A stretch of DNA of 64,000 nucleotides, taken from Alphaproteobacteria bacterium. GTDB lineage: Bacteria > Pseudomonadota > Alphaproteobacteria > CAAHEQ01 > UBA3637. Shown here piece after piece: positions 17,378 through 26,325 of this stretch. Position numbers and translations under genes: made by a program. Position 1 is the first letter of the stretch; each line of letters starts with the position of its first letter. Location: contig JAFPYW010000034.1 in the NCBI GenBank assembly GCA_017394405.1, positions 3,333 through 67,332 of the forward strand. The letters run 5' to 3'. The notes beneath the pieces are model-generated. The model ran no database searches and was not told the DNA's origin. It saw only the letters and a program-made list of their open reading frames with translations.

Positions 17378-20300
17378 CTATTTACACAAGGCATGCCCAC
17401 CAGTATTTGACGGGCCCAAGTGTCTGTTGAGATTACCCATGGTGAAATGAATATACATCATCTTGGAACTATCATAAGGCGTTTGTGTCCAAGACCAATC
17501 ATATCCGTTAGCATCATTTTTACCCAATGCTTTTCTCAAAGCAATCAGGGTTGGACTGTAATTTTCATTTACATATTCCTCAGATTCGGACTTGATAGTG
17601 GTTGCGTCAGACCAATAACCATTCCATGTTGATTGAGCACATGATTTGCCCTGAGCACAACAATAATAAGACGTCGGATTTGTTTGTAATGTATTGCCAT
17701 TGTAGCAACCAACATCTGTTGATTCAATCAAGACCTTTCCTTTTGCAGCGCACCAATTGGCTGCGGACCAATAGTTCATCATATCATCACTTTTAATAAC
17801 GGTGCCCAATCCACTGATGGATGCACTGGCAGAATCACCCAAACTTTGACAGGTACCTTCTTCGGCAGATGTCATTTTGCAATACTCACCATCACCACAT
17901 TGGGTGTTTTTGGTACATGTTACTACGGCCTTAACACATTCGTATGTCGCACAACAACCGGTTTCTGTATTCGTTGCTGTACAGGTTAAATCATATCCGC
18001 TGTCGCAATATGTTGGACCTGTTGGGCCGGTGAAGGTGCTGTCTTTGTCAACACATTGATAATTCTCTGCGAATTCCGTTTGTGTAATGGTGCAAACAAC
18101 GCTCTTTTTCGTCAATTTATCACAATGTGCTGCACCGTCTGATATCGTCATACAAAAACCACTGTCGTAAATTTGGTTTGTGTATTTGCAAGTACATTCG
18201 TTGCTGATACAAATGGCATTTTCATCATCGTTGGAACATACCGTTCCATCGGTTTTGCCCGTGCAATCCGTTATGTCAGATTGGCTTTCTGGTATGACAA
18301 AGCCTTGTCCTGCGCCCGTTGAACTGTCAATACCAAGCAAACAACCCGTACCAGATTGTAAACATTGATACACATATTCATTAAGGAATATAGAATCATA
18401 CGGGATACAGACCTTTGCCGTTTGTTTTGTGTCCGTCATATACACATCTATTTCCATCAATTGGGTACCGCTGCCATAAGTGGCTGTGTCGCAAACAGTA
18501 GCGATACATGTGTTGTTATATTCTTTTATACAATCCCCATTTGATAAACAGGAGTATTCAATACAGCAGGTGCTATCCGAATCGTAACTGGTACATTTTG
18601 GCCAACCGCAACTGGGCTTTTCCAATGGCAGGATATTGTAGTAAGGCGAATCTTTCGCCACACAGCCATTATGTATATATGGCTCACCACTACTTTCGCA
18701 TTCAACAAATTTGTGTGTCAATTTATTGCAGTCCGCTGTATCACCAGACATGGTTTGACATACCTTTACACCAAAATTTTCTGGAGTATTTTGGGTTAAA
18801 TCATAACGTTGCTCTGTCCATTTACAAGTACATTCACCCGCGTAACAAATGAGGTCAGGATCGGCAGTATTGGAACAACTTATTCCATCCGCTTTACCCG
18901 TACAATCGGCCGCATAATCTACGCAGTGAAAAGCGCCTTGCTCAAAAACAACGGTTTGATTGGATTCACAACAAACTGGCTCAATAGCCAAACCATCCAT
19001 TATCGGCATTGGAACTTTTGTGCCATCGCAACAAATTTCTTTCGTTCCAGTTGCTGATTCATAAGATGTACAGTTCTGAGTGGTACCACCCGGCATTTTG
19101 CACAAAGCATGACCACCTTCGTTATAAGGGCTGAGGTGTGTATTCAAGTTGCCATAAGTGAAGTGGACATAAAGTGTTTTGGTGGTACTGTATGCCGTGC
19201 TGGTCCAAGCCCAATCATATCCGTTGGCATCGTTTTTGCCTAATTGTTTTCTTAAAGCAACCAAAATCGGGCTGTAATTTTCATTTACTGTTGCTTCATA
19301 TTCGGGCTTGATGGTTGTTGCATCTTGCCAGTAACCAGCGCTATTCCAAGATCCACAAGATTTACCCGATGCACAACAATAGGCATTACTGGCCTGATTT
19401 GTTACCAAGGTGCTTGTACCACTTTGATAACAACCGATATCTCCGGCTTCAACCAAAGATCCGCCTTGTGCTTCACACCAATTGGCGGCGGCCCATTGAC
19501 TCATCATATCATCACTCTTGATCACGGTTCCTAGATCGGTAATCGTGGCTTGTTCATAGGCGCCCAAAGGTTGACATGACGCATTGGTAATCGTGCTGCC
19601 TTCACCGGTCATCTTACAATATTCACCTTGAGCACAATCTGCATTGCTTTGGCATCCCCATGCGCATTCGTATGTGGCACAACATTCATTGCCGCCAACA
19701 GAGGCAGATTCGGCGCATTGTAATGTGCCATCACAATTTTCATAGTTCGTTGATCCAGTAAAGGTGCTGTCTTTGGCAGCGCAGATGTAGTTTGGTTCCA
19801 ACGTTGTTGTATTGACGCTACAAATAACTGGCTTTTCCGTCAATCTGTTGCATCTTGGCGTATCTGCGATATTTTCACAGGTATAAGTTGCCATATCAAA
19901 GGATTGATCCGTGTACTTACAATTGCATGTTTGGTCTATACAAATTGCATTTTCATCCGAGTCGGAACAACTGGTTCCATCTGCCTTGCCTGTACAGTCA
20001 GCTAAAACGGTCGGATCCCTTTCCATCAAACACAAAGCGTGTCCGCCTTCGTTATGACGTGGCAAGAATGTGTTCACATTACCATAAGTGAAGTAGATAT
20101 AAAGGGTTTTGGCACCATATTCTGTGGCCGTCCAAGACCAATCGTAACCACCACTATCGCCCTTTCCAAGCACTCTGCGCAATTGGATTAAAATTGGGCT
20201 GTAATTTGCATTTACCGTTTCTACGTTTTCGGGTTTGATGGTGGTTGGATCACTCCACAAATCCTTCCAAGACGCGCACGATTTGCCCGAGGCACAACAG

Positions 20301-21205
20301 TACGCACTGCTTTCTTGATCTGTTACCAAAGTGTTCGTGCCGCTCACATAACAACCAAGGTCTGATACTTCAACCAATGCGACACCTTGTGCTGCACACC
20401 AATTGGCGGCGGCCCAATAACTCATCATTTCATCGCTCTTGCGCACATCGCCCAAGCCGGAAATGGTGGCATCCGCATAAGCGCCCAGACTTTGACATGT
20501 ACCGGTGGTCGCGTTGCCGTTTTCACCAATCATCTTGCAATATTCGCCATTGCCACAATCAGCATTAGAGGTGCAACTGACATCGTGTTTGCAAACGCCG
20601 TCTTTTTCCACATAATCAGTAGGACATTTACAACCACCCATTCCATCGGCAACGTGGGTTGCTTCACATCCGCAAGCCCCAGGTGTTGTTGTGTCTGTAC
20701 ATATTTCTTCATCGGTTGCTGGTGCTGGTGGTTGTGGCGTAGGCTGATATCCAGGTTGCACATCAATACATTCGGTTTGTCCAGCATCCGGTTGATAAGT
20801 ATTTTCCGGACAAATTGTTTGTGTAGCACTGCCCGCATTGGGTACATAATAACCAGGTTGTGCTTGTGTGCACGATTCGGCCCCTGCTGCCGCATAAGTT
20901 CCGGCCGCACATAACACACAATGATCTGTCGCTAACACACGTCCCGCTTTACAACGCCAAACTCCGGCGATATATTCGGCCTCTGGATCGTTGGACAAAT
21001 CTGGACCATCGTTAATAATGAATTCCCCTGAATGGCCATCTGCGTGGCGGTGAATACCAAAAGAACTTACACCAGGGTTGTGGCGTTTGTAATAGTTGGA
21101 AGAACTTCCACTATGCCCACCCAATGCCCATGCGGAGTTTGTGCCTGCCACTGAAAGCAATAACAAACTAACGAAAGACAATGCTTGAAATATGTTGTGT
21201 GTCAT
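17378..21205 (-). CDS. Giant secreted cysteine-rich modular protein (1,275 aa): ephrin-receptor/TNFR-like Cys repeats plus 3x lectin/DUF1566-like modules plus 3x small Cys-knot modules
   Basis: Signal peptide MTHNIFQALSFVSLLLLSVAGTNSAWA. AAGGAGGG SD lies upstream of the ATG at 21205. Internal repeats are detailed under the repeat features and findings. Confidence 0.9.
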   Translation of the reverse strand: MTHNIFQALSFVSLLLLSVAGTNSAWALGGHSGSSSNYYKRHNPGVSSFGIHRHADGHSGEFIINDGPDLSNDPEAEYIAGVWRCKAGRVLATDHCVLCAAGTYAAAGAESCTQAQPGYYVPNAGSATQTICPENTYQPDAGQTECIDVQPGYQPTPQPPAPATDEEICTDTTTPGACGCEATHVADGMGGCKCPTDYVEKDGVCKHDVSCTSNADCGNGEYCKMIGENGNATTGTCQSLGAYADATISGLGDVRKSDEMMSYWAAANWCAAQGVALVEVSDLGCYVSGTNTLVTDQESSAYCCASGKSCASWKDLWSDPTTIKPENVETVNANYSPILIQLRRVLGKGDSGGYDWSWTATEYGAKTLYIYFTYGNVNTFLPRHNEGGHALCLMERDPTVLADCTGKADGTSCSDSDENAICIDQTCNCKYTDQSFDMATYTCENIADTPRCNRLTEKPVICSVNTTTLEPNYICAAKDSTFTGSTNYENCDGTLQCAESASVGGNECCATYECAWGCQSNADCAQGEYCKMTGEGSTITNASCQPLGAYEQATITDLGTVIKSDDMMSQWAAANWCEAQGGSLVEAGDIGCYQSGTSTLVTNQASNAYCCASGKSCGSWNSAGYWQDATTIKPEYEATVNENYSPILVALRKQLGKNDANGYDWAWTSTAYSTTKTLYVHFTYGNLNTHLSPYNEGGHALCKMPGGTTQNCTSYESATGTKEICCDGTKVPMPIMDGLAIEPVCCESNQTVVFEQGAFHCVDYAADCTGKADGISCSNTADPDLICYAGECTCKWTEQRYDLTQNTPENFGVKVCQTMSGDTADCNKLTHKFVECESSGEPYIHNGCVAKDSPYYNILPLEKPSCGWPKCTSYDSDSTCCIEYSCLSNGDCIKEYNNTCIATVCDTATYGSGTQLMEIDVYMTDTKQTAKVCIPYDSIFLNEYVYQCLQSGTGCLLGIDSSTGAGQGFVIPESQSDITDCTGKTDGTVCSNDDENAICISNECTCKYTNQIYDSGFCMTISDGAAHCDKLTKKSVVCTITQTEFAENYQCVDKDSTFTGPTGPTYCDSGYDLTCTATNTETGCCATYECVKAVVTCTKNTQCGDGEYCKMTSAEEGTCQSLGDSASASISGLGTVIKSDDMMNYWSAANWCAAKGKVLIESTDVGCYNGNTLQTNPTSYYCCAQGKSCAQSTWNGYWSDATTIKSESEEYVNENYSPTLIALRKALGKNDANGYDWSWTQTPYDSSKMMYIHFTMGNLNRHLGPSNTGGHALCK
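17381..17920 (-). repeat. Intragenic coding repeat A3 (aa 1096-1275) of the giant protein
   Basis: CTKNTQCGDGEYCKM...SDDMMNYWSAANWCAAKGKVLIESTDVGCY...YCCAQGKSC...NYSPTLIALRKALGKNDANGYDWSWT...GGHALCK. Clearly related to A1/A2 at both protein and DNA level. Confidence 0.85.
19100..19657 (-). repeat. Intragenic coding repeat A2 (aa 517-702)
   Basis: GCQSNADCAQGEYCKM...SDDMMSQWAAANWCEAQGGSLVEAGDIGCY...YCCASGKSC...NYSPILVALRKQLGKNDANGYDWAWT...GGHALCK. Confidence 0.85.
20030..20581 (-). repeat. Intragenic coding repeat A1 (aa 209-392)
   Basis: SCTSNADCGNGEYCKM...SDEMMSYWAAANWCAAQGVALVEVSDLGCY...YCCASGKSC...NYSPILIQLRRVLGKGDSGGYDWSWT...GGHALC. Confidence 0.85.
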
Positions 21206-21254
21206 AAACCCTCCTTGATTTTAAGTAATTGTACTCTCAAAAAAAACAATTTGC

Positions 21255-21285
21255 ATAAAAAACTCGCCTTATAAGGCGGGAAAAT
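21255..21285 (-). terminator. Intrinsic terminator of cspA
   Basis: Perfect palindrome CGCCTTATAAGGCG (21265-21278), followed on the reverse strand by AGTTTTTT. Confidence 0.6.
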
Positions 21286-21306
21286 GATTTTTTTAACAAA
21301 TTCAAC

Positions 21307-21510
21307 TTATTTTAATGTCAAATTTGTGGCACAGGTTTTGCCATTTTCTTCTTTTAATTCATAAGAAATAGCTTGGCCTTCATCCAAACCGCGCAATCCG
21401 GCTTCATGAACGGCTGTGATATGTACAAATACATCCTTTTCGCCTTCATCTGGTGTGATGAACCCATAACCTTTTTTATAGTTAAACCATTTAACTTTTC
21501 CTGACAACAT
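21307..21510 (-). CDS. cspA: Cold-shock protein (CspA family)
   Basis: MLSGKVKWFNYKKGYGFITPDEGEKDVFVHITAV carries the RNP1/RNP2 motifs KGYGFI and VFVH. The true start is the ATG at 21510. The 49-codon extension in the ORF track is unsupported. Confidence 0.9.
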   Translation of the reverse strand: MLSGKVKWFNYKKGYGFITPDEGEKDVFVHITAVHEAGLRGLDEGQAISYELKEENGKTCATNLTLK

Positions 21511-21726
21511 GGTGTCTTTACTCCTTGTTAGTTTTGCCTTATCATCGGCCCAAATTCGACAGTTCCGTTGGGCCCTTAAAAAGAAAACTTTATAAAAAAC
21601 CATAGCGTCTTTTGTCGAAGACATAAAAAGTATAAGATGAATAAAAATAAATAGCAAGAGATTTTATAAAAGATTTTTTGCTTGCTTTTTTGCCCGAAGA
21701 TAATTAGTGTAAACTCAGGAGGGTGC

Positions 21727-22467
21727 ATGAAAAAATTTTTGAAAATATTTTTTTGTTTTGTACTGATTGGCATCGTTTGCATAGCCATGGCAAAAAGTTA
21801 TCACAATGTGGATAACTATGTAAAAAATGCTCCAGCGGTGGCGTCTGAAAATGATTTGAAACGTGTCGTGCGGTATTTGACATCCGAGTTCAATTCTGAC
21901 GAAGATAAGGCGCGAGCAATTTATGCGTGGATTGTTTATAATATAGATTATGATGATTATAAATATAAAAGGTGGATTGAAAATCATCAAAAGAGTCGTC
22001 AAAAGGAAGTCCCAACAGTAGATGTGATTGAAAAAACACATGCGGGGATTTGTGGGGAGATTTCCGAGTTGTATGTTAAAATGGCTCAGTATGCAAACTT
22101 AAAGGCGGAAGTTATACATGGCATTGCGGTAACAGCTGGGGCTCGTATTAACAAAGATAATATGGATGAGTTTGAACATGCATGGGTGGCCGTTAAAATT
22201 GATCGCGAATGGGAATATATAGATCCCACATGGGCCATACCAGAAAAGGTTTTTACTGACGTTCGTACAGATGGTGCATATCGTCGAGAGTTGCAGAATC
22301 GTGTTTATAAAGCCGGAAAAATCCAACACAATAATCGTTCTGTGTCAAATGATTGGTTTATGACGGATAAAGAAGATATGATAAAAACACACTTTCCGAA
22401 TGATGAAAGATGGCAATTACAGCGTCGCCACAGAACGCTCAATCAATTTTTGAGGCAATTTAGATGA
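21727..22467 (+). CDS. Secreted transglutaminase-like cysteine-protease-fold protein
   Basis: Start MKKFLKIFFCFVLIGIVCIAMA (signal peptide) with AGGAGGG upstream. The Cys-His-Asp core pattern is present: HAGICGEISELY ... EHAWVAVKI ... YIDPTW. Confidence 0.75.
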   Translation: MKKFLKIFFCFVLIGIVCIAMAKSYHNVDNYVKNAPAVASENDLKRVVRYLTSEFNSDEDKARAIYAWIVYNIDYDDYKYKRWIENHQKSRQKEVPTVDVIEKTHAGICGEISELYVKMAQYANLKAEVIHGIAVTAGARINKDNMDEFEHAWVAVKIDREWEYIDPTWAIPEKVFTDVRTDGAYRRELQNRVYKAGKIQHNNRSVSNDWFMTDKEDMIKTHFPNDERWQLQRRHRTLNQFLRQFR

Positions 22468-22838
22468 GTACTGTTTTGGTTGTAGAAGATAATGAACTGA
22501 ATCGCCGGCTGTTTGTAGATTTGCTCTCAACACGGGGGTATAAGATATTGGAAGCGACGGATGGCCAAAAGGCGTTAGATATGGTTCAAAAACACGAACC
22601 AGATTTGGTGTTGATGGATATTCAATTGCCCGGTGTGTCAGGATTGGACGTAACGGCCCAAATCCGGTCAAACACGAACATTAAACAACCGCGCATTGTG
22701 GCTATTTCGGCATTTGCATTAAAGCAAGACGTGGATAAGGCAATTGAAGCCGGATGTGATGATTATATTTCAAAACCGATTGCTATCGCCTCCTTTTTCC
22801 AAACAATTGAAAAGAATTTGCAGGCGGATCAAGGGTAA
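22464..22838 (+). CDS. divK: Single-domain response regulator, DivK-like
   Basis: 124 aa. VLVVEDNELNRRLFVDLL...DLVLMDIQLPGVSGLDV...AISAFALKQD...DDYISKPI closely follows the DivK pattern as I remember it. Confidence 0.8.
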   Translation: MSTVLVVEDNELNRRLFVDLLSTRGYKILEATDGQKALDMVQKHEPDLVLMDIQLPGVSGLDVTAQIRSNTNIKQPRIVAISAFALKQDVDKAIEAGCDDYISKPIAIASFFQTIEKNLQADQG

Positions 22839-22871
22839 AACAAATTTGCCACTGATTTTTTATCTTTTTCC

Positions 22872-22900
22872 TTGACTTTTACGGGCATTGTTGTTATACT
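22872..22900 (+). promoter_or_regulatory. Sigma70-type promoter upstream of trcR
   Basis: TTGACT (22872-22877), 17-nt spacer, TATACT (22895-22900). Confidence 0.5.
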
Positions 22901-22933
22901 GCCCCCAGTTCAATTTTAATGAAAGGATTGATA

Positions 22934-23458
22934 ATGACTTTACCTTTAATGCCAAAAGCAACTGCCGTTTGGTTGGTAGAAAATACGGCTTTAACCTTCC
23001 AACAAATCGCTGATTTTTGTGGGATGCATTCTTTGGAAGTTCAAGCAATCGCCGATGGTGATGTGGCTTCTAATATTATAGGGTTGGATCCTGTGGCAAA
23101 CGGCCAATTGACATTAGAGGAAATTCATCGTTGTGAAAAAGATCCAAAGTTGGGTTTGTGCTTGGCGGAACATCCTGAAATTGACAAATTGTTGAACAAA
23201 GGTTCTCGCTATGTGTCGCAATCCAAACGCTTGGATCGTCCGGCCGGTATTTTGTGGTTGGTGAAAAATCATCCGGAATTGTCCGATGCTCAGATTGTCA
23301 AATTGTTAAAGACAACAAAACCGACAATCGTGGCTATTCGTGAAAAGACACACAAAAATATTCATAATATCCAAGCACGCAATCCTGTTACTTTGGGTTT
23401 GTGCTCGGAGACAGATTTGAACATGGCTGTGGCTATGGCCGTCAAAAAAGTTAAATAA
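22934..23458 (+). CDS. trcR: DUF1013 protein (cell-cycle transcriptional regulator TrcR family)
   Basis: MTLPLMPKATAVWLVENTALTFQQIADFCGMHSLEVQAIADG is the DUF1013 N-terminal pattern. The start is placed at 22934. Confidence 0.7.
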   Translation: MTLPLMPKATAVWLVENTALTFQQIADFCGMHSLEVQAIADGDVASNIIGLDPVANGQLTLEEIHRCEKDPKLGLCLAEHPEIDKLLNKGSRYVSQSKRLDRPAGILWLVKNHPELSDAQIVKLLKTTKPTIVAIREKTHKNIHNIQARNPVTLGLCSETDLNMAVAMAVKKVK

Positions 23459-23477
23459 TCTGATATAAGGGGGTAAT

Positions 23478-23732
23478 ATGACTGAACAAGCAACCGTCAC
23501 CAGTGACGCGGGAAAATTGAACACATTCGTTGATCGTATTGAACGATTGGAAGAAGAAAAGCGTGAATTGGCGACCGACATCCGTGAAGTGTTTGCCGAA
23601 GCAAAAGCTGCCGGTTTTGATACAAAGGTCATGCGTCAGGTTTTGCGTTTGCGTAAAATGGATCCGGCTGATCGCGCTGAAACAGAATTTTTGCGGGATG
23701 AATACAAAAAATTATTAGGTATGGCGGAATAA
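23478..23732 (+). CDS. gapR: GapR (DUF2312) nucleoid-associated DNA-binding protein
   Basis: 84 aa. LNTFVDRIERLEEEKRELATDIREVFAEAKAAGFDTKVMRQVLRLRKMD aligns well with Caulobacter GapR as I remember it. Confidence 0.85.
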   Translation: MTEQATVTSDAGKLNTFVDRIERLEEEKRELATDIREVFAEAKAAGFDTKVMRQVLRLRKMDPADRAETEFLRDEYKKLLGMAE

Positions 23733-23752
23733 TCAGACTTAAACTATTCAAA

Positions 23753-23782
23753 ATCCCCGACAGATAAATCGGGGATTTTTTA
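23753..23782 (+). terminator. Intrinsic terminator after gapR
   Basis: ATCCCCGA-cagataaa-TCGGGGAT hairpin followed by TTTTT. Confidence 0.7.
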
Positions 23783-23852
23783 TTGGTATTTTTGATATTG
23801 CCTTTTTTGTGAATTTGGTCTAATATCATAATAGAACAGGAGAGAGTTTTCT

Positions 23853-24578
23853 ATGAAAAAGTTGGGGATTTTATTGTTGAGTAGTTTGTTGGTTGCGTGC
23901 GCTTCCAGTGATGAAATTGAAGTAAATAGTGCTGAGGAAGCATATCTGGAAGGGTATCACGCCTTTGAAAAAACAGATTATGAACGCGCCGCAAAGGCAT
24001 TTGATTTGGTGGAACAAAATTATCCGTTTTCGGAATGGGCTGATAAGTCTCAAGTCATGATGGCGTATTCGCAATACAAACAAAATAAATACAGCGATGC
24101 ATTAATGACATTGGATCGGTTTATTCAATTGCATCCGGGAAATAAGAATACACCATACGCTTTGTATTTGAAGGGGCTTTGTTATTTTGAACAAATGGCC
24201 GATTCTTCTCGTGAACAGGAAATGACAGCCAATGCGGACGCGACATTTAAGGAATTGATTGCCCGTTATCCGTCGTCTGTGTATTACAATGACGCCAAGG
24301 CCAAGTTGGTGATGATTCAAAATCATCTGGCGGGGCAAGAAATGGAAATTGGTCGTTATTATCAAAAACGTGAAGATTTTACCGCCGCTATGAATCGATT
24401 CCAAGCCGTGTTGATCAATTATCCCGAATCGAATCAGGTGCCGGAAGCGTACTATCGTTTGGCCGCTTGTTATCAGGCATTAGGTATGTTAGAGCCCGCG
24501 GATAAAATAACGGCCACATTGACCGAAAAATTCCCGGATTCACCTTGGACAAAACGGGCGCAAAAATTAACGGAGTAG
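23853..24578 (+). CDS. bamD: Outer membrane protein assembly factor BamD
   Basis: Lipobox LLVAC, TPR-like repeats and a length of 241 aa. Lies immediately upstream of recN, as in other alphaproteobacteria. Confidence 0.85.
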   Translation: MKKLGILLLSSLLVACASSDEIEVNSAEEAYLEGYHAFEKTDYERAAKAFDLVEQNYPFSEWADKSQVMMAYSQYKQNKYSDALMTLDRFIQLHPGNKNTPYALYLKGLCYFEQMADSSREQEMTANADATFKELIARYPSSVYYNDAKAKLVMIQNHLAGQEMEIGRYYQKREDFTAAMNRFQAVLINYPESNQVPEAYYRLAACYQALGMLEPADKITATLTEKFPDSPWTKRAQKLTE

Positions 24579-24582
24579 GCGA

Positions 24583-26241
24583 ATGCTGACAGCCCTTACA
24601 ATTCAACATTTTGTTTTGATTGATTCGTTGAATTTGACATTTGACAGGGGCTTGGGTGTTTTTACCGGAGAAACCGGCGCCGGCAAATCTATTTTATTGG
24701 ACGCTTTATCTTTGGTTTTAGGGGCTAGGTCTGAAACGCGTTTTATTCAACACGGCTCTGATCAGGCGGTGGTCAGCGCCACTTTTTCGTTGCCAAAATC
24801 TCATCCTGTTTTTCGTTTGTTAAAAGATCAAGGTTTGGAGGCGGATGAGGATTTGATTTTACGCCGCACTTTATCAAAAGATGGCAAAACAAAGGCCTTT
24901 ATTTGTGATCAACCGGTCAGCATTGGTTTGTTGAAAAGCGTAGGTGATTTGTTGGTGGAAATTCACGCCCAATTTGCCTCGCATGCGTTATTGAATCCTG
25001 CAACACATTTGGCAACTTTGGACCGATACGGAAAGTTGGAAAAGCAGGCCGCTGAAGTGGCTGATGCATGGCATAAATACCAAAAAGCGTTGGCGGAATC
25101 AAATGAATTTGAACAAAATTTGAACACACAATTGTCGGAAGAAGATTTGCTGCGTGCCGATTTGGAGGCTTTGGATAAATTAAATCCAAAAGAGGATGAA
25201 GAAGAAACTCTGACAAAACGGCGGGCGGCGTTGATGAATGCGGAACATATTGTGGAAAACATCCAAACTGCATGTGCGTTGTTAGGTGATGATGAACAGG
25301 GAATTTTGCGCTTAATCGGTCGAACAGAAAACCAATTGTTTAATGCCAATAAAACAACGGAAGGTCGCTTTGATAATGAGTTGAAGTCGTTGGCGGAGGC
25401 CGGAAATATCTTGTCTGATTTGTCATCCGATTTGGAACATGCGTTGAATGATTTGGGTGATACATCGGAATTGCCAATGATAGATGATCGCTTGTTTGCT
25501 TTGCGTGATATGGCGCGAAAATATCGAATTTCTATCGCGGAATTGCCAGCTTTTCGGGAAGAAGTGCGACAAAAATTATCCCTAACCGAACATGGCACCC
25601 AAAAATTGGCCGATTTGAAGCAGCGGGCGGAAGAATTGCGTCAAGCATACTATGTGTTGGCAAAAGGATTGTCCAATGCACGGCACAAGGCGGCAATTGA
25701 ATTAAACAAGGCCGTGATGGCGGAGTTGCCCACGCTGAAATTGGAAAAAGCGATTTTTGAAACGGCCGTAACGGATGTGTCGTTGGATCAAGGTTCTGCC
25801 ACGGGTTTGAATGAGGTTGTCTTTATGGTGGCGTTTAACAAAGGATCGCCAATGAATCCGATTCATAAATGTGCATCCGGCGGAGAATTATCGCGGTTTA
25901 TGTTGGCCTTAAAGGTGAATTTGACGGAAGACAATAATCGCACCTTGATTTTTGATGAAATTGACACGGGAATTTCGGGGGCCACAGCGGCTGCCGTTGG
26001 CGAGCGATTGGCACGCTTGGCCGAAAAACATCAAACGCTTGTGATTACACACTCGCCACAGGTGGCGGGCTTTGGTAAGCATCATTATTTGGTGCAAAAA
26101 GCAGATGTGGATGATAAAACTTTGACGTCTGTTTTACAATTGGATAAAGCGGGTCGGTTGGAAGAAATTGCCCGTTTGGTGTCCGGCGCCACAGTCACCG
26201 AAAAATCCCGCGCAGTTGCAAAAGAGTTATTGAAGGTTTAG
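24583..26241 (+). CDS. recN: DNA repair protein RecN
   Basis: 552 aa. N-terminal Walker A FTGETGAGKSILLDAL, a long coiled coil, and C-terminal ASGGELSRFMLALK...LIFDEIDTGISG. Confidence 0.92.
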   Translation: MLTALTIQHFVLIDSLNLTFDRGLGVFTGETGAGKSILLDALSLVLGARSETRFIQHGSDQAVVSATFSLPKSHPVFRLLKDQGLEADEDLILRRTLSKDGKTKAFICDQPVSIGLLKSVGDLLVEIHAQFASHALLNPATHLATLDRYGKLEKQAAEVADAWHKYQKALAESNEFEQNLNTQLSEEDLLRADLEALDKLNPKEDEEETLTKRRAALMNAEHIVENIQTACALLGDDEQGILRLIGRTENQLFNANKTTEGRFDNELKSLAEAGNILSDLSSDLEHALNDLGDTSELPMIDDRLFALRDMARKYRISIAELPAFREEVRQKLSLTEHGTQKLADLKQRAEELRQAYYVLAKGLSNARHKAAIELNKAVMAELPTLKLEKAIFETAVTDVSLDQGSATGLNEVVFMVAFNKGSPMNPIHKCASGGELSRFMLALKVNLTEDNNRTLIFDEIDTGISGATAAAVGERLARLAEKHQTLVITHSPQVAGFGKHHYLVQKADVDDKTLTSVLQLDKAGRLEEIARLVSGATVTEKSRAVAKELLKV

Positions 26242-26252
26242 GAAAATAATCC

Positions 26253-26282
26253 TTGACTTTTTTTGGAGGTTTGTGGTATAGT
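26253..26282 (+). promoter_or_regulatory. Sigma70-type promoter 12 bp downstream of the recN stop
   Basis: TTGACT (26253-26258), 18-nt spacer, TATAGT (26277-26282). Confidence 0.45.
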
Positions 26283-26298
26283 ATTCCAAGTTAAATCG

Positions 26299-26323
26299 GA
26301 GCAGTCTATCTGCTCTTTTTTTT
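26299..26323 (+). terminator. Intrinsic terminator hairpin 1
   Basis: GAGCAG-tctat-CTGCTC followed by T8. Confidence 0.65.
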
Positions 26324-26325
26324 AT

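Noticed and set aside
17420-20919. Many 60-175-aa ORFs on the plus strand, plus an out-of-frame minus-strand one (20530-20919), inside the giant gene (for example 20387-20914 and 18508-18852)
   Set aside because: These are shadow frames of a long, repeat-rich, compositionally biased gene. None has start signals or recognisable motifs.
17378-21205. Repeated ~550-bp and ~250-bp DNA segments that could suggest a CRISPR array, IS copies or misassembly
   Set aside because: The repeats are in-frame coding modules of one ORF and are diverged from one another. They lack the short regular repeat-spacer structure of a CRISPR array and any transposase or inverted terminal repeats.
24963-25598. 211-aa minus-strand ORF inside recN (also 24917-25273)
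   Set aside because: It is antisense to a confidently identified recN coiled-coil region. The Ser/Ala/Asn-rich product is typical of shadow ORFs.
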